Positions 9,262 to 16,616 of a DNA stretch of 32,000 bases are shown in pieces. Made by a program: the position numbers and the translations under genes. A model generated the notes under the pieces. That model did no database searches. It was not told the origin of the DNA and saw only the letters and a list, made by a program, of their open reading frames with translations. This stretch comes from Minisyncoccota bacterium (GTDB lineage: Bacteria; Patescibacteriota; Minisyncoccia; Minisyncoccales; Minisyncoccaceae): the NCBI GenBank assembly GCA_041650175.1, contig JBAZLS010000003.1:39917-71916 (forward strand), in the 5' to 3' direction. How positions within the stretch are numbered: the stretch's first letter is position 1; every line of letters starts with the position of its first letter.

Positions 9262-11382
9262 TTAACTTATTTTTTTAGCTTGTTTTAATGATAAATTAAT
9301 ACGCCCCTGTTCGTCAATAGAGATAATTTTTACAGGGATGGTATTTCCTATTTTTAACACGTCTGTTACCTTCGCAACTCGTTTGTCATCTAGCTCTGAA
9401 ATATGAACCATTCCTTCTTGTCCTGGTAGGAATTCTACGAAAGCGCCAAAATCAAGTATTCTTTTTACGACTGCATTTTGATATATCTCCCCTATTGAAA
9501 CTTCATGAGTTAAGTTTTTAATCCATTCAATTGCTTTCTCTCCATTTTCTTTTTTATCAGCAGTGACATAGATTTCTCCTGTTTCTTCAATATCAATCGT
9601 AACCTCGCAAGCGTCAATGATTTCATTTATTTTTTTCCCTCCTGGGCCGATAACATCCCCGATTTTTGAAGGATTAATTTTTAAGATATAAATTCTTGGA
9701 GCGAATTTCGAGATATCATTTCTAGGAGCTGGCAAGACAGCAAGCATTTTTTCCAATATTTCAAGTCTCGCAATTTTTGCTTGAGCAAAAGCTTCTTGAA
9801 TTATTTTTTCAGTAATTCCTCTGACCTTGATGTCCATTTGTACAGCAGTAATTCCATTTACAGTTCCTGCCGCTTTAAAATCCATATCGCCAAAATGATC
9901 TTCTTCTCCTTGGACATCCGTTATTATTTTATATTTTTTATTTTCAGTGCTTTGTGATTTATTCATATCAAGCATCAGTCCCATCGCAATTCCAGATACA
10001 GGAAACTTGATCGGAACGCCACCATCCATAAGAGCTAAGCAAGCGCCACAAGTAGAAGCCATAGAGCTAGAGCCATTAGAACATAAAACTTCAGAAACAA
10101 TTCTAATGGTGTATGGAAAATCACTGACATCTGGCAATACTCCTCGAAGTGCTTTTTCTCCAAGCATTCCATGTCCTATTTCTCTTCTTCCTGGTCCTCT
10201 TATAGGTCTTGTTTCTCCAACACAGTAGGGAGGAAAATTATAATGGTGCATAAAGCGTTTTTTCCCTTGTATTTCCATTTCTTCCATTACTTTTTGATCT
10301 CCTGGCGCTCCTAATGTTAAGAATGATATTACTTTTGTCTGTCCTCGGCAAAATACTCCAGTTCCATGAATACGTTTTAAAATACCAGCATCACATTCTA
10401 TATTTCGAAGTTGTTTAGAGTTTCTTCCATCAATACGAATATCTTTATTAATGGCTCCATCGTGCATTATTTTTTCTGCTTCATTTTCAAATATATGCCA
10501 AGCAAATTTAATTTTTTCTTCTTCTGTATATTTTTTAGTATATTCAACAAATTCTTCTTTGATATGAATAAGAGTGCCATCTTTAAACATAGCTTTTTCA
10601 AGCTTTCCTTTTAAAAATTGCAATACATCATTTTCAAGCTCATCATCAAGGACAATTTGTTTTATAGCTGTTTTTGTTTTTCCAATTTTTTTAACAATAT
10701 CTTCTTGGAAAGAAAGTATTTTCTCTGCAAAATCTTTACCAGAAAACATTACTTTTGTAATTGTTTCTTCCGAAACTTCTTTCACTTCAGCTTCAATCAT
10801 ATTTACTAGAATTTCTTTACCAGATTCTGACCTAAGGAAAGAAGTAGTCATATCAATCTTTGTATCTACTTTATCGTCGACTAATGGGAAAATATTTATT
10901 TTTCCGTCTTTTTCTCCGAATTTGATTGGGGCTAATGGTCCATTCCATGGAATATCAGAAGCAGATAGAACTAAAGAAGCAGCAAGAAGACCAAGTATTG
11001 CTGGGTCTATAGTCTTGTCCCAAGACAAGCATGTTATTACGATTTGTACCTCCCTTTTCAATCCCGAAGGAAATAATGGTCTGATTGCACGATCAATAAG
11101 ACGAGAATTAAGAATACATTGATCTGTCGGACGCCCTTCTCTCTTTTGAAAACGGGATCCAAAAATTTTTCCAACAGCATAAAATTTTTCTTCATAAAGT
11201 GTTGTTAATGGAAAAAAATCAAGCCCTTCAATTTCTTTTGGGGACATGACACAATTTGCCATAACGCAAGTATCTCCGTACTTTACAAAAACAGAACCAT
11301 TCGCTCTTTCAGCTAGGTCCCTAAACTCTGCTATTATTGTCTTGCTTTCGTCTAGCTTTAGTTCAAAAGATTCAATTTTCAT
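9262..11382 (-). CDS. pnp: Polyribonucleotide nucleotidyltransferase (PNPase)
   Basis: RNase PH repeats (RPTDQCILNSRLIDRAIRPLFP; GTGVFCRGQTKVISFLTLGAPGD), KH domain (IGPGGKKINEIIDACEVTIDIE), S1 domain (GAFVEFLPGQEGMVHISEL). Confidence 0.97.
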   Translation of the reverse strand: MKIESFELKLDESKTIIAEFRDLAERANGSVFVKYGDTCVMANCVMSPKEIEGLDFFPLTTLYEEKFYAVGKIFGSRFQKREGRPTDQCILNSRLIDRAIRPLFPSGLKREVQIVITCLSWDKTIDPAILGLLAASLVLSASDIPWNGPLAPIKFGEKDGKINIFPLVDDKVDTKIDMTTSFLRSESGKEILVNMIEAEVKEVSEETITKVMFSGKDFAEKILSFQEDIVKKIGKTKTAIKQIVLDDELENDVLQFLKGKLEKAMFKDGTLIHIKEEFVEYTKKYTEEEKIKFAWHIFENEAEKIMHDGAINKDIRIDGRNSKQLRNIECDAGILKRIHGTGVFCRGQTKVISFLTLGAPGDQKVMEEMEIQGKKRFMHHYNFPPYCVGETRPIRGPGRREIGHGMLGEKALRGVLPDVSDFPYTIRIVSEVLCSNGSSSMASTCGACLALMDGGVPIKFPVSGIAMGLMLDMNKSQSTENKKYKIITDVQGEEDHFGDMDFKAAGTVNGITAVQMDIKVRGITEKIIQEAFAQAKIARLEILEKMLAVLPAPRNDISKFAPRIYILKINPSKIGDVIGPGGKKINEIIDACEVTIDIEETGEIYVTADKKENGEKAIEWIKNLTHEVSIGEIYQNAVVKRILDFGAFVEFLPGQEGMVHISELDDKRVAKVTDVLKIGNTIPVKIISIDEQGRINLSLKQAKKIS

Positions 11383-11413
11383 AGAGTTCTTATCGTATGA
11401 ATATTTAAAATTC

Positions 11414-11692
11414 TTAAATTGCAGTCTGTACTTTTAATCCAACTTTTTTTGCAACTTCTGCGTATTTTGTCTCATTAGTTTTTTGAAGATATTTCAAAAG
11501 TTTTCTTCTTTTAGAAACCATCTTTAAAAGTCCTTTTTTTGAGTGGACATCTTTTTTATGAATTTTAAGATGATCTAAAAGGCGTTCTATTTCTTCCGAA
11601 AGTATTGCGACCTGCACTTCGGCTGAGCCAGTATCATTATCATGAATTTTAAAATCGTTAATGATTTTTGCTTTTTCTTCTGTTGAAATCAT
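11414..11692 (-). CDS. rpsO: 30S ribosomal protein S15
   Basis: GSAEVQVAILSEEIERLLDHLKIHKKDVHSKKGLLKMVSKRRKLLKYL; typical rpsO-pnp order. Confidence 0.96.
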   Translation of the reverse strand: MISTEEKAKIINDFKIHDNDTGSAEVQVAILSEEIERLLDHLKIHKKDVHSKKGLLKMVSKRRKLLKYLQKTNETKYAEVAKKVGLKVQTAI

Positions 11693-11831
11693 ATTTTTAT
11701 TTTTTATGTTATTTTTTAGCCCTTTAATTTTTTGCGAGAAAAGATTAATTCATTTTATTTTACTATTTTTTTAATAGCATTGAATCTTTCTTTAATTTTA
11801 ATTTTTAAATTTCTATTTTATCTCTATCCTT

Positions 11832-11860
11832 AAAATCTAATCGTAATGGTGCCCCGTGGG
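11832..11860 (-). repeat. 29-bp direct repeat copy of the tRNA-Lys 3' end plus downstream flank
   Basis: AAAATCTAATCGTAATGGTGCCCCGTGGG, identical to 11990..12018 (period 158 bp). Confidence 0.9.
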
Positions 11861-11864
11861 TAAT

Positions 11865-11944
11865 GGGATTTGCCCTCATCACTTCTTGTTAGAAGTTCTT
11901 CAGGCCTGCTTTTGAACCAGTCGTTCAAAAGCTTCAAATCCCCC
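11865..11944 (-). ncRNA. tRNA-adjacent structured element, copy C (next to tRNA-Lys)
   Basis: Minus strand: GGGGGATTTGAAGCTTTTGAACGACTGGTTCAAAAGCAGGCCTGAAGAACTTCTAACAAGAAGTGATGAGGGCAAATCCC. Closing stem GGGATTTG/CAAATCCC (extended by GGTAAT/ATTACC), 10-bp hairpin GCTTTTGAAC-GACTG-GTTCAAAAGC, hairpin ACTTCT-AACA-AGAAGT. Homologous layout to copies A and B. Structure is clear; transcription is not shown. Confidence 0.5.
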
Positions 11945-11989
11945 AATTACCAGTTTCGCTATTTTTAAAGCTTCATCATATTCAATTTC

Positions 11990-12018
11990 AAAATCTAATC
12001 GTAATGGTGCCCCGTGGG
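11990..12018 (-). repeat. 29-bp direct repeat, copy overlapping the tRNA-Lys 3' end
   Basis: Identical to 11832..11860. Confidence 0.9.
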
Positions 12019-12080
12019 GGATTTGAACCCTCGACCTTGAAGTTAAGAGCTTCCTGCTCTGCCAGCTGAGCTAACGGGGC
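12005..12080 (-). tRNA. tRNA-Lys (anticodon CTT), CCA encoded
   Basis: Minus strand GCCCCGT-TA-GCTC-AGCTGGCA-GAGC-A-GGAAG-CTCTTAA-CTTCA-AGGTC-GAGGG-TTCAAAT-CCCCC-ACGGGGC-ACCA folds as a cloverleaf. Confidence 0.93.
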
Positions 12081-12085
12081 AAATC

Positions 12086-12538
12086 TTACTTCGACTTTTC
12101 CATAAATTGATAAACCCAAGTATCAGCACCGATTAGCTTTAGGAAAGTTTCTACAATAATATAAGCGCTAAAAACGAGAATTATCCCTACTGCTCCATAA
12201 ATAAGCATATTTTTCCCTTCTTTAAATTTTGCTGGATCGCCCGATGAAGTCATCATTTTAAATCCAGCAAAGACAAACCATAATACGGCTAAAATTGGTA
12301 CTATTGTATATAAAATGTATTGTATAACATTTGGTATTAGCGTATAAAGTAAGTCATCAAGGGTGCAAGCATCTTCGCCCTCGTTACCGCAAGGGACTAA
12401 TCCTGAACTGGAAGTATCCGCGTAAATAAATATGGGTAAAACTAAAAAAAATAAACAAAAAAACACCTTAAGATATTTTATTTTAGTTCTATAAGCCATA
12501 AGGTATAATTTAAAAATTATCTTTTTAAAGTATAGCAT
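12086..12538 (-). CDS. TrbC/VirB2 pilin-like small membrane protein
   Basis: Signal-like N-terminus; two TM helices separated by MMTSSGDPAKFKEGKNMLIYGAVGIILVFSAYIIVETFL. Confidence 0.65.
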   Translation of the reverse strand: MLYFKKIIFKLYLMAYRTKIKYLKVFFCLFFLVLPIFIYADTSSSGLVPCGNEGEDACTLDDLLYTLIPNVIQYILYTIVPILAVLWFVFAGFKMMTSSGDPAKFKEGKNMLIYGAVGIILVFSAYIIVETFLKLIGADTWVYQFMEKSK

Positions 12539-12738
12539 TTTTTATTTAAAAATCAAGAGCAAATGCCTGCTAAATTTAATATTGTGAGCAATATTTTTTA
12601 TCAAACAAAAAATATAAAATATTTAATTCATAACAAAATTAACTAAAATAAACGCAAAATCAGATAAGTATACCCTATAATTGTATATTGACAAAGAAAA
12701 ATAATTATATATTATATAAAAAGTATTTTGGAGTTAAA

Positions 12739-12855
12739 ATGAGCAAAGATTGTGATACAAACTGCCAGGAGTGTAAAGATACTCGTTGTCCGTTATATGA
12801 AGCTTTTCATGATGTTTCCTTGGAGGAATCATTAAAAAGCGATAACGAGGAGTAG
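12739..12855 (+). CDS. Small Cys-rich protein (38 aa), absent from the ORF track because of its length
   Basis: MSKDCDTNCQECKDTRCPLYEAFHDVSLEESLKSDNEE*; GGAG upstream of the ATG; directly followed by a terminator hairpin. Confidence 0.5.
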   Translation: MSKDCDTNCQECKDTRCPLYEAFHDVSLEESLKSDNEE

Positions 12856-12881
12856 CTATTTCTAAGAAATAGCTTTTTTAT
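12853..12881 (+). terminator. Rho-independent terminator after the small Cys-rich ORF
   Basis: GCTATTTC TAA GAAATAGC TTTTTT. Confidence 0.8.
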
Positions 12882-12898
12882 TAGAAAAACCTTCGATT

Positions 12899-12958
12899 TC
12901 ATACAAAAAAGAGATATCAAATCATATCTCTTTTTATATGTGCCCCCGGAGGGAATCG
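12899..12958 (-). repeat. 60-bp direct repeat copy of the tRNA-Arg T-arm/acceptor 3' strand plus terminator hairpin
   Basis: TCATACAAAAAAGAGATATCAAATCATATCTCTTTTTATATGTGCCCCCGGAGGGAATCG, identical to 13039..13098 (period 140 bp). Contains palindrome AAAAAGAGATAT-CAAATC-ATATCTCTTTTT. Confidence 0.95.
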
Positions 12959-13033
12959 CCTTTCGGTATTTATCTGCTGATAAATCCTCAAGGCCTGGCT
13001 CGGACTCAGTCAGCCCTCCGCCTTCGATTCCCC
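12951..13033 (-). ncRNA. tRNA-adjacent structured element, copy A (next to tRNA-Arg)
   Basis: Minus strand: GGGGAATCGAAGGCGGAGGGCTGACTGAGTCCGAGCCAGGCCTTGAGGATTTATCAGCAGATAAATACCGAAAGGCGATTCCC. Closing stem GGGAATCG/CGATTCCC; hairpin ATTTATC-AGCA-GATAAAT; conserved GAAGGC...GACTG...GCCAGGCCT. Confidence 0.5.
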
Positions 13034-13038
13034 TCTAA

Positions 13039-13098
13039 TCATACAAAAAAGAGATATCAAATCATATCTCTTTTTATATGTGCCCCCGGAGGGAATCG
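13039..13098 (-). repeat. 60-bp direct repeat, copy overlapping the tRNA-Arg 3' end and including its terminator hairpin
   Basis: Identical to 12899..12958. Confidence 0.95.
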
Positions 13099-13152
13099 AA
13101 CCCCCATCCGCGGTTTCGAAGACCGATACTCTATCCGTTGAGCTACGGGGGC
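13081..13152 (-). tRNA. tRNA-Arg (anticodon TCG), CCA not encoded
   Basis: Minus strand GCCCCCG-TA-GCTC-AACGGATA-GAGT-A-TCGGT-CTTCGAA-ACCGC-GGAT-GGGGG-TTCGATT-CCCTC-CGGGGGC-A. Confidence 0.93.
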
Positions 13153-13190
13153 AATATGGGCAATATGAATACTTTTTATAGCATTTATGC

Positions 13191-14084
13191 CTATTTTTCA
13201 AGCTTTTTTTGAGTTCGAGCCTTTTTTATTCGAAAGTTTTGAGCTTTTTTAACTATCGCTTTCGTTATTTTTGATTTCTTTTCCTTTTGTAATACTTTTT
13301 TAGCTTTTAAAGCAGTTGTTTTTGTTGGTTTTTTCTTTGGCGTTTTTGAAATAGGTCTTTTTTTGGGTTTTACTTTACTATCCTTAGTCAAAAGCGAAAT
13401 ATCTTTATCATAACTATTATCTATTTTAATATCGTAATTTTTTTCTTTGTTAGTGTTAATCCATTTTTTAATTTTAACTTTAAAAAGAGGAACGTCATCT
13501 CGATCGAAAAAAATTCTATTTTCAATTAAATCTCTCTTTCCGCTTAATGGGAAGATATCATTTAAAGGGACTATTCTTTTTAATATCAAAATGATTAATG
13601 CGCAGAATAATAGAGAGAAAGTGCTCCAAAGATTTATATTAGCAAAAGACATCATAACTCCGAGCAGGACAGAAATCATAATAGCAACAGAAGAGCTCCA
13701 AAGCATAGAAAAAATAATACAGACTAAGCACATAATCAAAACTATTGGAAGATATAACGGCAATAATGTTCCTAGTAAAAGAGGAAAACTTTTTTCTTCT
13801 CTAGCATTAAAAAAAGGAGACCAGCTATGTCCGATAATACTTGCAATTCCACAAAGAGCTTGAACTTGGAGAGGCGCTCCAAATAAAAAAGGAAGAAATA
13901 CTGCAAGAAATCCTTTTAAAAGGCTCAAAGAAAAAATAGTTATATTTTGCCAATTGTAATCAAAATCTTTAGTATCACCTTTATTATCATAAAAAAATCT
14001 TCCAGCGATATGTTCAATGGGTAAAAGTCCTATTATGTAACCGCTAATAATAAAAAGGAAATAAATAAAAAAATCATTAATCAT
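13191..14084 (-). CDS. Divergent PlsY-like membrane protein with Lys-rich C-terminal tail; acyltransferase motifs eroded
   Basis: Same TM layout as PlsY (SGYIIGLLPIEHIAGRFF..., GIASIIGHSWSPFFNAREEKSFPLLLG) but lacks GSGNxGxxN and GFKGG-type motifs; tail KPKKRPISKTPKKKPTKTTALKAKK.... Confidence 0.6.
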   Translation of the reverse strand: MINDFFIYFLFIISGYIIGLLPIEHIAGRFFYDNKGDTKDFDYNWQNITIFSLSLLKGFLAVFLPFLFGAPLQVQALCGIASIIGHSWSPFFNAREEKSFPLLLGTLLPLYLPIVLIMCLVCIIFSMLWSSSVAIMISVLLGVMMSFANINLWSTFSLLFCALIILILKRIVPLNDIFPLSGKRDLIENRIFFDRDDVPLFKVKIKKWINTNKEKNYDIKIDNSYDKDISLLTKDSKVKPKKRPISKTPKKKPTKTTALKAKKVLQKEKKSKITKAIVKKAQNFRIKKARTQKKLEK

Positions 14085-14751
14085 TTAAATATGTTTTATT
14101 TTTAATTTTTTTAATTTGATCTTTAATACGTGATATATGCGCAATTATTATAAGAATAGTTGTGGTAAGTCCTGTTAAAAATAATTCTGGAGCTGCAAAT
14201 CCGATATAAAAAACTCCGATTATTTCTCCAATTATTCTTCCGATTATTTGATTTGAAACAGCTTTCTTAAAAAATTTCTTACTTGCTGGTCTTTTGGCAA
14301 ATACTTCACCAATAAGTATACAGGAAAAAAGAATAATGAAGTATCCTAAAAATGCTTTTGGATTATAAAATAATATTATTCCAAAAAAAGAAGCAGCCCC
14401 TCTTCCCCCTTTAAAATTAAGAAATGGTGAGTAATTATGACCGAGAACTACAAAAAAGGTAGCAATAGTTATAGCAATCGATTGATTATTTATAAGTCCT
14501 GTAGCCAAATAAGCAGCTAATACTGCTTTTCCTGCATCAAGTAAAAACACGCAAAGAAATGATAATACTCCAATTATTGAACCATATTTTCTGCTTGAGG
14601 CACGGAGCGTATTTAAAGCTCCTGTATTTTTTGAACCAGAATCGCGCAAATCTTCTTTTAATGCAATTTTTCCGAAAAAATAAGCAAAAGGAATAGATCC
14701 GAGTCCGAATGAAAATATCGCAATTAAAATATAGACAATTATATCCTCCAT
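14077..14751 (-). CDS. plsY: Glycerol-3-phosphate acyltransferase PlsY
   Basis: GLGSIPFAYFFGKI, SGSKNTGALNTLR, VVLGHNYSPFLNFKGGRGAASFFG. Confidence 0.88.
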   Translation of the reverse strand: MEDIIVYILIAIFSFGLGSIPFAYFFGKIALKEDLRDSGSKNTGALNTLRASSRKYGSIIGVLSFLCVFLLDAGKAVLAAYLATGLINNQSIAITIATFFVVLGHNYSPFLNFKGGRGAASFFGIILFYNPKAFLGYFIILFSCILIGEVFAKRPASKKFFKKAVSNQIIGRIIGEIIGVFYIGFAAPELFLTGLTTTILIIIAHISRIKDQIKKIKNKTYLND

Positions 14752-14772
14752 GTTTTATATCAAATTACTTAA

Positions 14773-15651
14773 TTATTTAGTAACGCAACAAATAAGTGCG
14801 CCTGGTCCAACATGAGCGCCGATAACATAACTGGTCAGGCTGATAAATTCTATTTTTACTTTTTCTTTATATTTTTCTAAAATATCATTTTTAATTTTTT
14901 CAGCATCTTCAGGAACTCCAGCATGACTGATAATTATACGACAAACTTCCCCTTGCGCTAAAGGTTCTTTTATTTGAACATCAAGTTCTTTTAAAAGTGC
15001 ATCTGAAGCATTCTTTGCTTGCATCTTAAGAGTGGATGGTTTTATTTCTCCATTTTTCATCATAAGAATAGGCCTCATTCCTACTTTTTGCATTTGATTT
15101 ATTAGTATAGTTAAAGAATGATTTATTCTTCCGCCAGCCTCTAACCAATTCGCATTTTCAAGCGTTGCAAAAAGCTTTATATCTTTTAAAAATTCCTTTA
15201 ATTTTTCAATAATCTTTTCGGCACGCAATCCTTCAGAAGAAAGTTCAGCAGCTCGAATAGCAAGAAATGATTCTGCTGCATCAGCATTTAAAGAGTCTAA
15301 TAAAAAAATCCTTTTCTGATTTTCTGGGGTTAGCATTTTAATAGCTTGGAATGCTGAATTATAGGCTCCTGAAAGTTTAGAACTGATAGCAATACAAATT
15401 ACTTCTTCTGCTACTTGCAATCCTTCTTCAAATGCATTTTTATAAACACCAATAGATGGTTGAGAAGTTTTGGGCCCTCCGATTATTTTTGTTTTTGTAG
15501 CTTCTCTCATTTTTTCATAAATATTTTCTCCTTTGATGTTTTCTTCGCCTTCCCAAATAAGCTTGAAATCAACAACAGTGAATTCATATTTTTTGACTAC
15601 TTCTTCTGTGATTGATGCACTAGTTCCAATGATTATATTTAAAGGTTTCAT
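14773..15651 (-). CDS. DegV family fatty acid-binding protein (FakB-like)
   Basis: TSQPSIGVYKNAF, ISSKLSGAYNSAFQA, C-terminal SYVIGAHVGPGALICC. Confidence 0.9.
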   Translation of the reverse strand: MKPLNIIIGTSASITEEVVKKYEFTVVDFKLIWEGEENIKGENIYEKMREATKTKIIGGPKTSQPSIGVYKNAFEEGLQVAEEVICIAISSKLSGAYNSAFQAIKMLTPENQKRIFLLDSLNADAAESFLAIRAAELSSEGLRAEKIIEKLKEFLKDIKLFATLENANWLEAGGRINHSLTILINQMQKVGMRPILMMKNGEIKPSTLKMQAKNASDALLKELDVQIKEPLAQGEVCRIIISHAGVPEDAEKIKNDILEKYKEKVKIEFISLTSYVIGAHVGPGALICCVTK

Positions 15652-15690
15652 ATTTATAATTTTAATTCAAGATTAAAAATGTTGCAATGA

Positions 15691-16578
15691 TTAATTTTCA
15701 TCCCAAGAAATAGCAATTGCTCCTGGTCCAGCATGTCCGCCTATTGCTGCGCATAATTGATTAATAAAAACAACTTCGACATTATTTAATTTTTCAATTG
15801 CCGACTTTAATCTATTTGCATTTTCAAGCGAGTCAGCATGAGTAATGCCTACTAATATTTTTTTACTGCTTTGTCTTATTTTCTCAGTTCGTTTCTTAAA
15901 TTCATCAGCTAAAGAATCAACTAAATTTTTAACATTTCTTTTAACTCCAATAATAGTTAATTTCCCACCCCTAAGGCCGAGCAAAGGTTTAATTCCTGTA
16001 AGTTTTTCCATTTCGGTCACCGGAATGAATTTTGGTATTCTGCCGCTTGTTTCTAACCATTTTGCTTTATCGTAAAAAGCTATTAATTTTATATTTTTTA
16101 CTTCTTTGATTAGTCTTTCATTTATTTCAGAAATACTCAATTTTGCATCATTGATCATTTTTGTTGCGCGCAAAACTAATAGCCCTAGTTCTCCTGTTCC
16201 TCCTTCAGAGTCTACAACAGTAACCTTTTTTTGCAAATCACTTTGTAAAAATTTTATTGCTTGCAACGCAGAATTATATGCTCCAGAAACTTTTGAGGAA
16301 ATAGTAAAACAAAGGACTTCTTCAAATTCATTTAGTTTTTCTTTGTAAAGTTTTAAGAACTCATTAATAGAAGGCTGTGAGGTTTTAATCAAACTAGGCT
16401 CTCCTATTTTTTCTGCTTGCCTTATTTTTTGATAGATATTCCCTTCCATACCCGCCATATTTTGGAAATCAATTTTATAATTGGCAATGGAAATATCAAA
16501 TTGCTTAATCATTTTTTCTGGCAAATCCAACGTTTCATCCGATATTATTCCAATACGTTTTTTTGTTATTTCTTCCAT
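15691..16578 (-). CDS. DegV family fatty acid-binding protein (FakB-like), second paralog
   Basis: IKTSQPSINEFLKLY, ISSKVSGAYNSALQA, CAAIGGHAGPGAIAISW. Confidence 0.9.
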   Translation of the reverse strand: MEEITKKRIGIISDETLDLPEKMIKQFDISIANYKIDFQNMAGMEGNIYQKIRQAEKIGEPSLIKTSQPSINEFLKLYKEKLNEFEEVLCFTISSKVSGAYNSALQAIKFLQSDLQKKVTVVDSEGGTGELGLLVLRATKMINDAKLSISEINERLIKEVKNIKLIAFYDKAKWLETSGRIPKFIPVTEMEKLTGIKPLLGLRGGKLTIIGVKRNVKNLVDSLADEFKKRTEKIRQSSKKILVGITHADSLENANRLKSAIEKLNNVEVVFINQLCAAIGGHAGPGAIAISWDEN

Positions 16579-16616
16579 GAAATTAATTTATTTTTTCAAA
16601 TATTTTAATAAGCCTT

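Noticed and set aside
9947-11122. Plus-strand ORFs antisense to pnp (9947..10228, 10411..10614, 10574..11122, 10618..10809)
   Set aside because: Strongly supported pnp on the minus strand explains the region; these are shadow ORFs.
12899-12930. AAAAAGAGATATCAAATCATATCTCTTTTT as a transposon inverted repeat
   Set aside because: More simply explained as the intrinsic terminator of tRNA-Arg, carried along in the 60-bp direct repeat.
11832-13098. Classical prophage or genomic island integrated at tRNA genes
   Set aside because: The direct repeats bracket only 80-129 bp, with no integrase or cargo; an att-site-like origin remains possible but not a full island.
12938-13201. ORFs 12938..13141 (+) and 13010..13201 (-), 67 and 63 aa
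   Set aside because: They run through tRNA-Arg and the structured element; translation of RNA-gene sequence rather than real proteins.
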